A DNA stretch of 64,000 bases from an uncultured Gammaproteobacteria bacterium (GTDB taxonomy: Bacteria; Pseudomonadota; Gammaproteobacteria; JACCXJ01), in NCBI GenBank assembly GCA_963764725.1, contig CAVXTM010000012.1:288001-352000 (forward strand). Reading direction: 5' to 3'. A program made the position numbers and the translations under genes. Shown in pieces: positions 9,832 through 19,950 of the stretch. The notes beneath the pieces were generated by a model. That model did no database searches. It saw only the letters and a program-made list of their open reading frames with translations, and was not told where the DNA came from. Within the stretch, counting starts at the first letter, position 1. Each line of letters opens with the position of its first letter.

Positions 9832-10209
9832 AGCGAATGATGCGGCGCCGGTCGCGTTTGCTGGGGCGCCCCGGCAACCGGGGTTGGGTCAGGGCTTGAG
9901 CCCGTAACTCAAGCGCTAAGGCTTCGCGGCGGATCACGCTTTCCGCTGACTCCCGGAATAAGCGGGCGGCTGCAGTTGCCGGTCCGCGCTGGGCCGAGAC
10001 GCCTAGGACGGAATGACGTAATGGGTAAAGGGTCCGCGTTGGATGCGTAGCTCATCGTGGATGTGAACTGATCGCGCCGGTTTTGGCTTGTGGCCATTGA
10101 CTTCGATCTTGCCGCCCTTGATCGCCTCGGTGGCCAAGGCGCGGGTTTTGAACAAACGGGCAGCCCAAAGCCATTTGTCGAGCCGGATCTCTGGGTGTTC
10201 TTCTGGCAC
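9809..10209 (-). pseudogene. hslR: Heat shock protein 15 (S4 domain), with a 1-nt frameshift near 10010
   Basis: RLDKWLWAARLFKTRALA...GGKIEVNG continues after a one-base shift as VLGVSAQRGPATAAARLFRES...GRPSKRDRRRI, stop at 9809. The span is 401 nt, one base short of an intact frame. Could be an assembly error. Confidence 0.85.
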
Positions 10210-10284
10210 TGGCGTCGCGTCTATCGGCGGGCAACAAGCTATAATAACGGTAAACGCGCCTCTAGCGCGCAAGCAGAGGCAAGC

Positions 10285-10824
10285 ATGCCGGAACCTATGA
10301 GACGGGACGATTCTCGGGGCTTTCTAGCGCTCGACATCGCGATCTTGACGGTCTCCGATACCCGCACGCCGGAAACCGACAAATCGGGGCGCTTATTGGT
10401 GGAACGCCTGCAGACGGCCGGTCACCGGCTGCACGCGAAGCGCATCGTGCCCGATGACATTTACAAGATCCGGACGCTGATCGCGGGTTGGTGTGCGGAT
10501 GACGGGGTGCCGGTCGTCATCACGACAGGTGGTACGGGGATCACCGGACGGGACGGGACGCCGGAGGCCGTCAGACCCCTCTTCGACCGGGAGCTCGACG
10601 GCTTCGGGGAACTCTTCAGGCTTATCTCCTACGAGGAGATTGGGAGCTCCACTATTCAATCGCGCGCGCTTGCGGGTGTCTCGAACCGCACGCTGATTTT
10701 TTGCCTTCCGGGCTCCCCGGGCGCCTGCGCCACCGCATGGGATGCGATCATTCAAAATCAGCTCGACTACCGCACTCGGCCATGTAACCTCGCGGAGCTG
10801 ATCCCGAGACTGGCGGAAAAATAG
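10285..10824 (+). CDS. moaB: Molybdenum cofactor biosynthesis protein B
   Basis: IAILTVSDTRTPETDKSG, TTGGTGITGRDGTPEA, GFGELFR, IFCLPGSPGAC, QLDYRTRPCN. Confidence 0.95.
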   Translation: MPEPMRRDDSRGFLALDIAILTVSDTRTPETDKSGRLLVERLQTAGHRLHAKRIVPDDIYKIRTLIAGWCADDGVPVVITTGGTGITGRDGTPEAVRPLFDRELDGFGELFRLISYEEIGSSTIQSRALAGVSNRTLIFCLPGSPGACATAWDAIIQNQLDYRTRPCNLAELIPRLAEK

Positions 10825-11119
10825 CGGGCTCGTCGCAAACTGCGCTTGAGCGTTTGCCTGGGGACGGCGTGGAGCGGCTGTCCTATGCCTAGGGATCGTG
10901 TTATTTTGCGGGAGCCTGTATATTAAGGCAATCGTCGGCTATGCGCCGGCAGGCAAGTTCGCCCCGATTGGCGGGCTGGCGTTGATTGCCGGGTGGGTGC
11001 TTATAGCCATCGGAATGCTGAAATCTAGGCATCCGTTTTGAATGAGATCTCGCGATCGTAATGACTACGCGAGGCTACGCTAATGAAATGCAACCATAGG
11101 GTCAGCAATTTCCAGTATT

Positions 11120-12055
11120 TTGTCATGGGCCGGCCTGCTGTTGGCGGCGAATTGCTTGTTCGTCCCTCCGGTGTTAGCTGACACGTACCGGCTTCCACAA
11201 GGGTTGGATAACGTCGTCGGGGCACTGGGCGTAACCTCGACCGAATACCAGGATACGCTCGTCGATATCGCCCGCGCCTACGATCAAGGTTACGACGAGA
11301 TGAAACTCGCGAATCCGAAGGTAGACCCGTGGCTCCCGGGCGCGGATACCGAGGTGCTCATCCCAAGTCAATTCATACTGCCGGACGCCCCGCGGGAAGG
11401 GATTGTTATCAACGTCCCCGAAATGCGCCTCTATTTTTTTCCGCGGCCACAGGCAGGCGAGCCGCGCGTCGTGGTGACCTATCCGATCAGCGTCGGGCGG
11501 CAGGATTGGAAAACGCCGCTCGGGCTCACCCAGGTGGTCGCGAAAACCGTCAATCCCGCCTGGTATCCACCGGAGTCGATCCGGCGCGAGCACGCGGCGG
11601 ACGGCGATCCGCTGCCGAAAGTGGTTCCGCCGGGTCCGGACAATCCCCTCGGGCAATACGCATTGCGTTTAGGGCGCGAAGGCTATCTTATCCATGGAAC
11701 CGATAAACCCTACGGTATCGGTATGCGTGTGACTCATGGGTGCATGCGCCTCTATCCGAGGGATATCGAGCGCTTGTTCTCCGAAGTCCGCGTGGGAACA
11801 AAGGTACGGATCGTCAATCAGCCATTTAAGCTCGGCTGGCTTAATGGCGCGTTATACGTTGAAACCCACCCGCCGCTCGATGAAGATGCCCAAGCCGCCG
11901 AACACGGTTTCACGCACCTTGTGGGCAGGGTGAGTAATGCCGCAAACGGTCAGCAGGTCGATATGGATCAATTGGAAAAGGCGGCTTCGGACCGCCACGG
12001 AATCCCGGTCCCGATAAATCTTACCTCGAGCGCGGCCACGATTTCAGAGATGTAG
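11120..12055 (+). CDS. L,D-transpeptidase (ErfK/YbiS/YcfS family, LysM-like N-terminus)
   Basis: ANPKVDPWLP, INVPEMRLYF, PGPDNPLG, YLIHGT...GMRVTHGCMRL catalytic His/Cys. Start uncertain (out-of-frame ATG at 11083). Confidence 0.93.
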   Translation: MSWAGLLLAANCLFVPPVLADTYRLPQGLDNVVGALGVTSTEYQDTLVDIARAYDQGYDEMKLANPKVDPWLPGADTEVLIPSQFILPDAPREGIVINVPEMRLYFFPRPQAGEPRVVVTYPISVGRQDWKTPLGLTQVVAKTVNPAWYPPESIRREHAADGDPLPKVVPPGPDNPLGQYALRLGREGYLIHGTDKPYGIGMRVTHGCMRLYPRDIERLFSEVRVGTKVRIVNQPFKLGWLNGALYVETHPPLDEDAQAAEHGFTHLVGRVSNAANGQQVDMDQLEKAASDRHGIPVPINLTSSAATISEM

Positions 12056-12081
12056 GCGACTCGCCTGGCCAGGAAAGCGCG

Positions 12082-12114
12082 AAAAACCCCTGTAACGGCT
12101 GCGCCGTTACAGGG
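12082..12114 (-). terminator. Rho-independent terminator of the lipoprotein gene, possibly bidirectional
   Basis: 12-bp stem CCCTGTAACGGC/GCCGTTACAGGG with A5 on the left (U-tract on the minus strand), between two convergent genes. Confidence 0.85.
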
Positions 12115-12140
12115 TATCAACATTCAGTGATTGCCTGCCG

Positions 12141-12431
12141 TTACTTCTGCATTGACCTTTGGAACATGCGGTCAATCTTGTCAGAGGTCTCGGTGCAGCA
12201 CAATTGAGCCGCGTCCGCGGCAGCCTTCGCTTCTGTCGAAACGGAGGCGGCGTTATCGGCAGCCGCTTGTGCGGCGCCGGCCGTTTGTTGGGCGGCTTGG
12301 GCAGTGCTCAGGGCGTTGTTGGCGGTGGCTTCTACACGCTCCAAATCCCCGGTGGTAGCACATCCCGCTGTAAGACCCACTGAAACAGCTAGGACGGTAG
12401 TGCGTGCTGCGTTTATCAAGGTGCTTTGCAT
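12141..12431 (-). CDS. Lpp/OprI-family alanine-zipper outer membrane lipoprotein
   Basis: Lipobox LTAGC, Ala-rich coiled coil, C-terminus KIDRMFQRSMQK ending in Lys; RBS AGGAG. Confidence 0.88.
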   Translation of the reverse strand: MQSTLINAARTTVLAVSVGLTAGCATTGDLERVEATANNALSTAQAAQQTAGAAQAAADNAASVSTEAKAAADAAQLCCTETSDKIDRMFQRSMQK

Positions 12432-12729
12432 AATTGCTCTCCTTCTTCGTTTATTGGTGGCCCCCATGAATACTTAGATTCATGCCTCATCCATAATGAA
12501 CTATTTTATCGCGATGCGCAATTCTCTTGATCTAGCTTCGTAACACTGGTGGGCCGAATCGCCTCGCACAGGCCTAGCAAAATCAACGCCGTGGCGCCTC
12601 GTCTCTCCTGATGCTCATAAATGCGGAGGTCGGGAGCTTCGATTCCTACCGCAATAGCCCACAGTGTTACATGCGATTCGCGGGATCCATGAGATAATCC
12701 AAGGGCACGTCGAGACAACCGCTTAATGC

Positions 12730-13923
12730 CTAGTGACCCCCGACGATTGCCTGAATCCCTGTCACCAGACGCGCGGCGCCTTCTCGGGCGGTATCGGGGT
12801 CAAGTGCTCCAAAGGACACGCGCAGGTAGCATCCGCATTCCATTCCGAACGTGGTGCCGGGTATGACCGCTACCCGGTACTGCATGATGAGCTTCTGCAC
12901 GACTTGCATCGGGTGTAGGTGCGTGCGTAATTTAATGAATACGTAGAGCGCACCTTCGGTTTGCGGCGTGATGCAGATCTCATCGATCTGCCCTAAAGCA
13001 TCGAGCACGATGGCGCGCGTCCCGCGGATGGTGGCGAGCTTCTCACTGCAATACCGTGAACCCTCCTCGAGCGCGCCGATAGCGGCGTACTGGGAAATCA
13101 ACGGCGCACAGATTAGATTCGTATCCTGGGCTTTAAGCACGGAGTTATAGAGGTGTTCGGGGAGCACCATGTAACCGATACGCCAACTCGCGAACCCATA
13201 AGCCTTGGAGAGCGAATACAGAGAGATCGTATGCGCCTCGGAACCAGGGAGCGAACTTGGAGAGAGGTGGCGGGCCTCACCATAGGTAAAGTTTTCGTAG
13301 GCCTCGTCACTGAGGTGGTAAAGCCCGTGATCCCGACACAGGGAATTGACCTCTCGCAGTGTCGCCGCAGGATAGACGGCGCCACTCGGGTTGTTAGGAG
13401 AAATCGTCACAATCGCGCGCGTCTTTGGGGTGATCGCCTGGCGAATGAGATCCGATTTCAGTTGATAGCGCTCATCGGTCGGAACCGCGATCGGTATGCA
13501 GTTCAGCATTCTGATCGCCATTTCCTGATTAAAATAGTAAGGCAACGGCAGCACGATTTCGTCGCCCGGATCGGCGATGGCCATCAGGGCATGAAGAAAC
13601 CCCATGTTGGCGCCCGCGGTGACGACGATGCGGCGTTTTTCATCACACAATACGGCGTTTTCGGTATGCAGCTTTTGAACGATCAATTCAATGAGACGCG
13701 GCGTTCCTTGGACAGGCGCATATTTGTGGTTTTCAGGATCCGACAGGAAATCGCCTATCCGCTGCGCGGCGCGCGCGGGCGGGCCATAAAACACGACCCC
13801 TTGGCCTAATGAAATCGTACCGCGATGAATCCTGATAAGCTCGGCAACCGCGGGAATGATCGGTGCCCGAACCTGCAGCATCCTCTGACTTGCGGCGGTT
13901 GTCTTCCGGGCCGAAGTAGTCAC
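12730..13923 (-). CDS. PLP-dependent aminotransferase, class I/II
   Basis: ISLGQG, VTAGAN, SPNNPSG, SDEAY, SLSKAYGFASWRIGY. Confidence 0.92.
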   Translation of the reverse strand: MTTSARKTTAASQRMLQVRAPIIPAVAELIRIHRGTISLGQGVVFYGPPARAAQRIGDFLSDPENHKYAPVQGTPRLIELIVQKLHTENAVLCDEKRRIVVTAGANMGFLHALMAIADPGDEIVLPLPYYFNQEMAIRMLNCIPIAVPTDERYQLKSDLIRQAITPKTRAIVTISPNNPSGAVYPAATLREVNSLCRDHGLYHLSDEAYENFTYGEARHLSPSSLPGSEAHTISLYSLSKAYGFASWRIGYMVLPEHLYNSVLKAQDTNLICAPLISQYAAIGALEEGSRYCSEKLATIRGTRAIVLDALGQIDEICITPQTEGALYVFIKLRTHLHPMQVVQKLIMQYRVAVIPGTTFGMECGCYLRVSFGALDPDTAREGAARLVTGIQAIVGGH

Positions 13924-14107
13924 CTGGCGGTCAAAACGTTACGCCGCCGGATACACAGTGTCCCCGGTTCTTTTCCCGAGCAGCGAGCGAGGGGGGACTG
14001 CCAGCTAATCAAGGCCTGACTCGCGCAGACCTCATCTTCGCCGACGATAGAGAACTCATGGGTACCCACCATCATGGGCTAGGCGGCGGGTGGCTGCGCG
14101 TAGAGAG

Positions 14108-14683
14108 TCAGTGTCTCAGGCTTAACAGGCGATGCTGGGTATTGAATTGCGTCTTTAGGAACTGCATCTGATCCGCCAGGATACGCCGATTCGAGAGCGC
14201 GAGGAACTCGGCCCAATTGGGCACGTAGGGAACGGCCAATAGGGCTACTCCGGCTTCCTCGGGCCTGCGGTTGCCCTTGTGCGTATTGCACCCCTTGCAC
14301 GCGGCCACGACGTTCGACCAACGATCGTATCCCCCGCGCGATAGGGGGATGACATGGTCGCGGGTGAGCTGCGATGCGGCATACTCCTCGCCGCAATACA
14401 TGCACAGGTGTCCATCGCGTAAGAACAGCTCGCGATTATTCAAGGGGGGGATGCCACGCTGACCGTGTTTGATCCCGCGCGCACGCTTAACGGCAATGAT
14501 GGAATTGACCGTGATCGACGAACGCTGACCGGTTAGGCTGGACGTACCACCGAAAAAGGTGAATACCCGTTCGCCCGCGGTCCATGCGATTCTGTTCTTG
14601 CTATAAAGACAGACCGCATCGTGCCACGGTATCCATCGGAGCGGCGACCCGGTAACATCCAATCGCAAAATGAGCGGTGCCAT
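14108..14683 (-). CDS. HNH endonuclease
   Basis: LFLRDGHLCMYCG, TRDHVIPLSRGG, NVVAACKGCNTHKG. Confidence 0.92.
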   Translation of the reverse strand: MAPLILRLDVTGSPLRWIPWHDAVCLYSKNRIAWTAGERVFTFFGGTSSLTGQRSSITVNSIIAVKRARGIKHGQRGIPPLNNRELFLRDGHLCMYCGEEYAASQLTRDHVIPLSRGGYDRWSNVVAACKGCNTHKGNRRPEEAGVALLAVPYVPNWAEFLALSNRRILADQMQFLKTQFNTQHRLLSLRH

Positions 14684-14797
14684 AACTCAGCGTCCGAGGT
14701 ACGGAATATCAATCGTGCGCGCGTTCACAGTGCCCTTACGCATAAGTGCTCCTTTGTATGCGAAAAAGAACAGGAGATCAAGTCACGGCGAGGGCTT

Positions 14798-15601
14798 ATG
14801 GGAAATATAGAATCGCTTATCGAGATCATGGCCAGGCTCCGCGATCCCGAACGCGGTTGTCCTTGGGATCGCGAGCAGACCTTCGCGTCACTCGCACCGC
14901 ACACGCTCGAGGAAACCTACGAAGTCATCGATGCGATCGAAGGCGGCCGGATCGAGGATTTGCGCGAAGAGCTGGGAGACCTGTTGTTCCAGGTGGTGTT
15001 TTACTCACAATTGGCAAGCGAGCAGGGAGTGTTCGGCTTGGATGAAGTGGCCGCTACCCTGATCGATAAGCTCATCCGCCGGCATCCGCATGTGTTCGCG
15101 AACGCGGTCGTGATCGGTACCGATCAGCAGTCCGCGGCGTGGGAAGCGCACAAAACCAAGGAACGCGCGGCTAAAGACGCTAACGCAACCAGCATCCTCG
15201 ACGGTATCGCCTCGGCGCTTCCGGCGCTCCTACGGGCCGTAAAGCTCCAGCGGCGCGCGGCCGCCGTAGGCTTCGATTGGGCTGAGATCGGCGCCGTTCT
15301 TGACGCCGTAATGGGTGAGCTTAACGAGGTCCGCGCAGCGCTCGGCGGTGGGGACGCGACGCACATCGCCGAGGAAATCGGTGATTTGTTGTTTGCGTGT
15401 GTCAATTTGGCGCGGTTCGCGTGCGTCGATCCTGAGTCGGCGTTGCGGTCGGCCAATCAAAAATTCGAGCGCCGGTTTCGCTACATAGAACAGCGGTTAC
15501 AGGCGCAAGGCCAGTCCGTGAACGACGCCACGCTTGCGGAGATGGATGCTCTGTGGGAAGAGGCCAAGCGGGACGTCCCGAAAAAAAAGAGGGCGCCATA
15601 G
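14798..15601 (+). CDS. mazG: Nucleoside triphosphate pyrophosphohydrolase
   Basis: LRDPERGCPWDREQT, EETYEV, EELGDLLFQVVF, RRHPHVF, EEIGDLLF, KFERRF. Confidence 0.96.
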   Translation: MGNIESLIEIMARLRDPERGCPWDREQTFASLAPHTLEETYEVIDAIEGGRIEDLREELGDLLFQVVFYSQLASEQGVFGLDEVAATLIDKLIRRHPHVFANAVVIGTDQQSAAWEAHKTKERAAKDANATSILDGIASALPALLRAVKLQRRAAAVGFDWAEIGAVLDAVMGELNEVRAALGGGDATHIAEEIGDLLFACVNLARFACVDPESALRSANQKFERRFRYIEQRLQAQGQSVNDATLAEMDALWEEAKRDVPKKKRAP

Positions 15602-15650
15602 GCGCCCTCGAAGACCAAAAGGAGGAGGCACAGTCGAACAGACTTGTGCT
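15581..15650 (-). ncRNA. Candidate ~70-nt small RNA: 5' hairpin, CCUCCUCC anti-SD stretch, intrinsic terminator
   Basis: Minus strand reads GCACAAGTC-TGTTC-GACTGTGC hairpin, CTCCTCCTTTTGGTCTTC, GAGGGCGCC-TAT-GGCGCCCTC-T8. No credible minus-strand gene feeds this terminator. Confidence 0.6.
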
Positions 15651-15661
15651 GCGCTAAAAAG

Positions 15662-15676
15662 GCACAATAAATGCCA
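15662..15676 (-). promoter_or_regulatory. Putative sigma54 (-24/-12) promoter
   Basis: TGGCATTTATTGTGC fits GG-N10-GC; the predicted +1 at ~15650 coincides with the start of the sRNA hairpin. Confidence 0.55.
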
Positions 15677-15870
15677 TTCCAAACAATGGTGATATATTCA
15701 AGAGGTTAGTATTATGTATTTACCGCGCTACACGGTCGACGAGAACCTAAAACGCCAAGCGCTTGACACAGTGCCTCATGCTCCCGGCAACGTGTGCCGG
15801 GGGAGCGGACTGAACACGGCGGCAGCCAGATCTCGATGCGCTGGTTCGAAGACCTCTGGGAGATTCTCGA

Positions 15871-17565
15871 ATGGAAGATAACGCGTTCCGCACCGGCCTT
15901 CGTCAAGGCTTGGATCCCTTTGGCATCATGACCTCGTGTTTAGAGGTTCAGCAGGCATGGCTGCGGCAGCCGGGTGAGCTGGCCAAGCAATTATTCAAAC
16001 TTGGCGAGCAGTGCTCAAACCTGCAGGTGCTGGGTTACCTGCGATTATGCGGCCAGGAGGTGGAGGACACGGTCCGTCCCGTGGCTTACGACGAGCGCTT
16101 CGCCGAGCCTATCTGGACCGAGCGCCCCTATTACGATCTGATGAAAGAATCCTACCTTGCCTACACTCGTTGGCTTGAGGACGCGATCGAGAATACGCCC
16201 GATGTTGCTCCGCGCATAAAACAGAAAGCCGGATTCTGGGTCCGGCAGATGCTCAACGCCGCCTCGCCATCGAACTACTTTTGGACCAACCCGCACGCGG
16301 TTCACAAGTCGATCGCAAGTTTTGGTATGAGCACGGTTGATGGTTTAAGAAATGCCGTGAACGATGCGTTGCGGGGCGACGTGAGCATGGTGGACGATGA
16401 GACCTTCAAGGTCGGTCTCAATCTCGCCACGACGCCCGGCCAGGTCGTTTTCCGTAACCACTTGTTGGAAGTCATTCAATACGCGCCGGCCACCCAGAAC
16501 GTTCACAGCCTGCCAGTGGTCATCGTCGCCCCGTGGATCAATAAATATTACATTCTAGACTTGAGCGCGCAGAAGAGCCTGGTCCGCTATTTGGTGTCGC
16601 GCGGATTCTCGGTGTTCATCACCAGTTGGAATAATCCGCGCTCGGAGAGCCGCAACGTCGGCTTCGAGGACTACATGCTGCAAGGCGCGTTGCAAGCGGT
16701 CGACGTGGCCAGGGAGGTCACGGGCGCCGCGCAGGTGCATGCGGCCGGGTATTGCATCGGTGGCACCATCCTCGCGGCATTGATGGCTTGGCTCAACACG
16801 GGGTTGAAGCGCAACCAGCCGCCCCCCATAGCACATTTTACGCTGCTTACGGCACTGGTCGATTTCACCGCCCCGGGCGACATCGGCGTGTTCATTGATG
16901 AGAACAGCATCGCGTTTCTGGAGAAGCTGATGGCAGACCGGGGTTATCTCGATGGGGCCGCGATGGCTTGGTCGTTTCGGATGCTGAGATCCAATAGCCT
17001 GATTTGGCATTACCTGGTCCACAATTACCTCTACGGTGAAGGGCCGCCGCCGCTCGATGTTCTGTATTGGAACACGGATACGACGCGGCTGCCCGCGGCG
17101 ATGCACTCGTATTACCTTCGGGAATGTTACCTCAATAACAAGCTCGTGCAGCCCGGCGGGCTGACCTTGGGCGGAAAGCCCATCGATCTGCGATCCATAA
17201 AGCAACCCCTGTACGCGGTCGGCACCGAACAAGACCACATCGCGCCTTGGAAAGAAACGTTCAAGATCTGTGCGCTTGTCCAGGCGCCGGTGCGTTATGT
17301 GCTAGCGACCTCCGGACATATCATGGGCGTCGTTAACCCGCCGGTGGAGCCGCCGAAACGGCGTTACTGGGTCGGAGCGGTAAGCGATCATGCCGATCCG
17401 GAAACCTGGCGCAACGGTATCGAAAAGACGCCTGGTTCCTGGTGGGAAGACTGGGCTCAATGGCTCAGCAAACAGTGCGGCCCCTTGGTTGCGGCCCCGC
17501 CGATCGGGAGCCAATCCTATCCGGCACTGTGCCCGGCGCCGGGGACCTATGTGCTGGAGCGTTAG
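15871..17565 (+). CDS. phaC: Class I polyhydroxyalkanoate synthase
   Basis: SPSNYFWTNP, NLATTPGQVVF, PWINKYYILDL, lipase box GYCIGG, LYWNTD, DHIAPW, SGHIMG, GSWW, APGTYV. Confidence 0.95.
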   Translation: MEDNAFRTGLRQGLDPFGIMTSCLEVQQAWLRQPGELAKQLFKLGEQCSNLQVLGYLRLCGQEVEDTVRPVAYDERFAEPIWTERPYYDLMKESYLAYTRWLEDAIENTPDVAPRIKQKAGFWVRQMLNAASPSNYFWTNPHAVHKSIASFGMSTVDGLRNAVNDALRGDVSMVDDETFKVGLNLATTPGQVVFRNHLLEVIQYAPATQNVHSLPVVIVAPWINKYYILDLSAQKSLVRYLVSRGFSVFITSWNNPRSESRNVGFEDYMLQGALQAVDVAREVTGAAQVHAAGYCIGGTILAALMAWLNTGLKRNQPPPIAHFTLLTALVDFTAPGDIGVFIDENSIAFLEKLMADRGYLDGAAMAWSFRMLRSNSLIWHYLVHNYLYGEGPPPLDVLYWNTDTTRLPAAMHSYYLRECYLNNKLVQPGGLTLGGKPIDLRSIKQPLYAVGTEQDHIAPWKETFKICALVQAPVRYVLATSGHIMGVVNPPVEPPKRRYWVGAVSDHADPETWRNGIEKTPGSWWEDWAQWLSKQCGPLVAAPPIGSQSYPALCPAPGTYVLER

Positions 17566-17708
17566 GGAAGCTCAGCAAAAGTTACTGCGCAGCCCATCCG
17601 CTTTGTCGTGTGCTCGTTCGTCGCTCGCCTATCTACCTGATATGTCTCGTGACTCGCTCCGCGACTTCGCGCATCTGGGCTTGCTCGCGACACTTTTGCA
17701 GAGCTTCC
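17566..17708 (-). mobile_element. MITE with IS5-type terminal inverted repeats (copy 1)
   Basis: Ends GGAAGCTCAGCAAAAG / CTTTTGCAGAGCTTCC, TTAG on both flanks (17562-65, 17709-12); the interior matches 26581-26716 in reverse orientation. Confidence 0.85.
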
Positions 17709-17725
17709 TTAGTTGGTGAGCACGA

Positions 17726-18571
17726 TCACGCAAGCCGCAGGCTCGAAGTGGCGGGCTGCTTGGCGTCGCGGTCCTTATCTCGTTGGACCATGGCGTAGGC
17801 CGAGTGATTGTGTATCGACTCAAAGTTCTCTGATTCTATCGTGTAAGCGGCGATGCGCTCGTCGCTATTCATCTTGAGGGCCACGTCGCGGACGATATCT
17901 TCCACGAATTTCGGGTTGTCGTACGCCTTCTCGGTGACGTATTTCTCGTCCGGCCGTTTGAGCAGCCCATAGAGCTCACACGATGCCACCTCCTCGACGA
18001 CATCGATGAACTCCTCGATCCAAACGAAATCGCGTATCCTCGCCAATAACGTGACATGCGAGCGTTGATTGTGCGCGCCGTAATCCGATATATTCTTGGA
18101 ACACGGACATAGGGTGGTAATGGGAACTACCACCTTCACCTCGATGCTGGGAAGTCCGTCCTGAATCTGCCCGACAAAGCTGACTTCGTAATCGAGTAAG
18201 CTCCTTACTTTTGAAATAGGCGCTACCTTAGTCACGAAATAGGGAAACTTCATTTCGATGTGACCGACGCGCGCATCAAGCAGTTCCGTCATTTCCACCA
18301 CCATGCGCTTGAATGATTGAACGGTGATCTCATATTCCTGGGAATTGAGGATTTCAACGAACCGCGACATGTGCGTCCCTTTGAATCGATGGGGCAGGCC
18401 GACGTACATATTGAACGTGGCGACGGTGTGCTGCTCGCGCCCGGAACGGTCTCTTACCACGACCGGGTGGCGAATATCCTTAATCCCGACACGATCGATA
18501 TCGATCCGCCGGCAGTCCTCACTGCTTTGAATATCGGGGATACCGTCGGCAATGTGTGCAGGGTCGTTCAT
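17726..18571 (-). CDS. folE2: GTP cyclohydrolase IB
   Basis: [65 protein letters not shown]. Confidence 0.96.
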   Translation of the reverse strand: MNDPAHIADGIPDIQSSEDCRRIDIDRVGIKDIRHPVVVRDRSGREQHTVATFNMYVGLPHRFKGTHMSRFVEILNSQEYEITVQSFKRMVVEMTELLDARVGHIEMKFPYFVTKVAPISKVRSLLDYEVSFVGQIQDGLPSIEVKVVVPITTLCPCSKNISDYGAHNQRSHVTLLARIRDFVWIEEFIDVVEEVASCELYGLLKRPDEKYVTEKAYDNPKFVEDIVRDVALKMNSDERIAAYTIESENFESIHNHSAYAMVQRDKDRDAKQPATSSLRLA

Positions 18572-18798
18572 GGTCACCTCGTTTGAATCCTTATGCAGGT
18601 TTAGGTTGCACCACGCTCGCTGCCGGCCTTGATGCGGGATATCCCTGGGGTTGATACCCTAGCATATTCTTCGGGTTTTTGTCGCGGTCATGACGGATGC
18701 TCCGCCGGCATTAGCGGTGTGCGTGCGATAAGTTAGTGAATTATTGGTTTTTCTCCTTGGGTCTTAACGGTGACGCGGCACAAGCCGCGGCAAGCTCC

Positions 18799-19476
18799 TC
18801 AAGGCAGCGCGTAATGCGTGCGCAGGATCTCTTCAGTAAACGAGGCGCGCAGATAGAATCCGCGCGGAAGGGTTGGCACCCCGCGACCGGATTCCCCGAT
18901 GCCCCGGGTGCGGACGCGGCCATGCGCAGCCTTTGGCCGGATCTGCAGATAAGTCCCGTAGCGGGCCGAGATCCGGCTGAGATGACCCATGCACACCATT
19001 TCCATGATTTCGTCGAAATCGGCGCGCAATATTGCCTCTTGATCATGGGTCGGCCTCCACAACAGCGGTGATCCGATGCGCCGATCGGCAAGCGCGATCG
19101 CCGCGGCCGCTTCCACGGGCACCCAAAGCACCCGCGCCAGCTTCTTGCGCACCAATGATTCGTCCCAGGTAAGGCCGACGTTATCGACGAGCGGCACGGT
19201 GGTGACATAGGTCGACTCGCGCGGCCGGCCCGCGCGGTCCACCGGGATGGTCTTAAGCTCAATGCCGAACCGCGGAAAATCGGGTTCCGGCAGTGAGGAT
19301 GCCGGAGCCCCGAGCGCGCGTTCGATAAGCTCGCCGATCCATCCTTTTGCGCGCTTCAAATCGCTCGGCAACCGCGTTTTGAGGTCCAATGCGATTTCGC
19401 CGAATGTCCGGCCGGCCAAGCGCTCCGCGCGCTCGAGGAGTTCTCGCTCGCTCTCGGGAGATGTGCGCGGGATCAT
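18799..19476 (-). CDS. mutH: DNA mismatch repair endonuclease MutH
   Basis: KGWIGELIERALGA, PEPDF, GIELKTIP, ESTYV, KLARVLWVPVE, GTYLQIRPKAA, LPRGFYLR. Confidence 0.93.
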   Translation of the reverse strand: MIPRTSPESERELLERAERLAGRTFGEIALDLKTRLPSDLKRAKGWIGELIERALGAPASSLPEPDFPRFGIELKTIPVDRAGRPRESTYVTTVPLVDNVGLTWDESLVRKKLARVLWVPVEAAAAIALADRRIGSPLLWRPTHDQEAILRADFDEIMEMVCMGHLSRISARYGTYLQIRPKAAHGRVRTRGIGESGRGVPTLPRGFYLRASFTEEILRTHYALP

Positions 19477-19533
19477 CGTCTTTGCTGGTTGCGAGCCGGG
19501 CCGTTCATAGCTTGTGGCGTATACTATGTCCCG

Positions 19534-19950
19534 ATGGCGATCATAAAGCTTCCTGAATCGATGAGGAACCGCATCGCTGCGGCGGTCACGGCGGGATATC
19601 CGCACGAGACCTGCGGTCTACTCATTGGCAGGCAGAGCCCCGGTGCCGTTGAGGTTCTCGATAGCGTGGAGGCTGCAAATCTCAATCAGGAACGGCCGGG
19701 CGATCGCTACGAGCTGGACCCGAAAGCGATGCTGGCGGCGGATCGCGATGCGCGCTCGCGCGGTTTGGCGATCGTCGGGGTTTGGCACTCTCACCCCGAC
19801 CACCCAGCGGAACCCTCGGAAACCGATCGGGCGGCGGCCTGGGAAGATTGGTCTTACCTCATCGTTTCGGTTGCGCGCAACGGTATCAACGCCATCCGCT
19901 CTTGGCGACTCGACGGAGGGCAATTCTACGAGGAGGACATGGTGTTATGA
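19534..19950 (+). CDS. JAB/MPN+ (M67) metalloprotease, Mec-like
   Basis: YPHETCG and intact JAMM motif HSHPDHPAEPSETD, SYLIVSV, RSW. Confidence 0.93.
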   Translation: MAIIKLPESMRNRIAAAVTAGYPHETCGLLIGRQSPGAVEVLDSVEAANLNQERPGDRYELDPKAMLAADRDARSRGLAIVGVWHSHPDHPAEPSETDRAAAWEDWSYLIVSVARNGINAIRSWRLDGGQFYEEDMVL

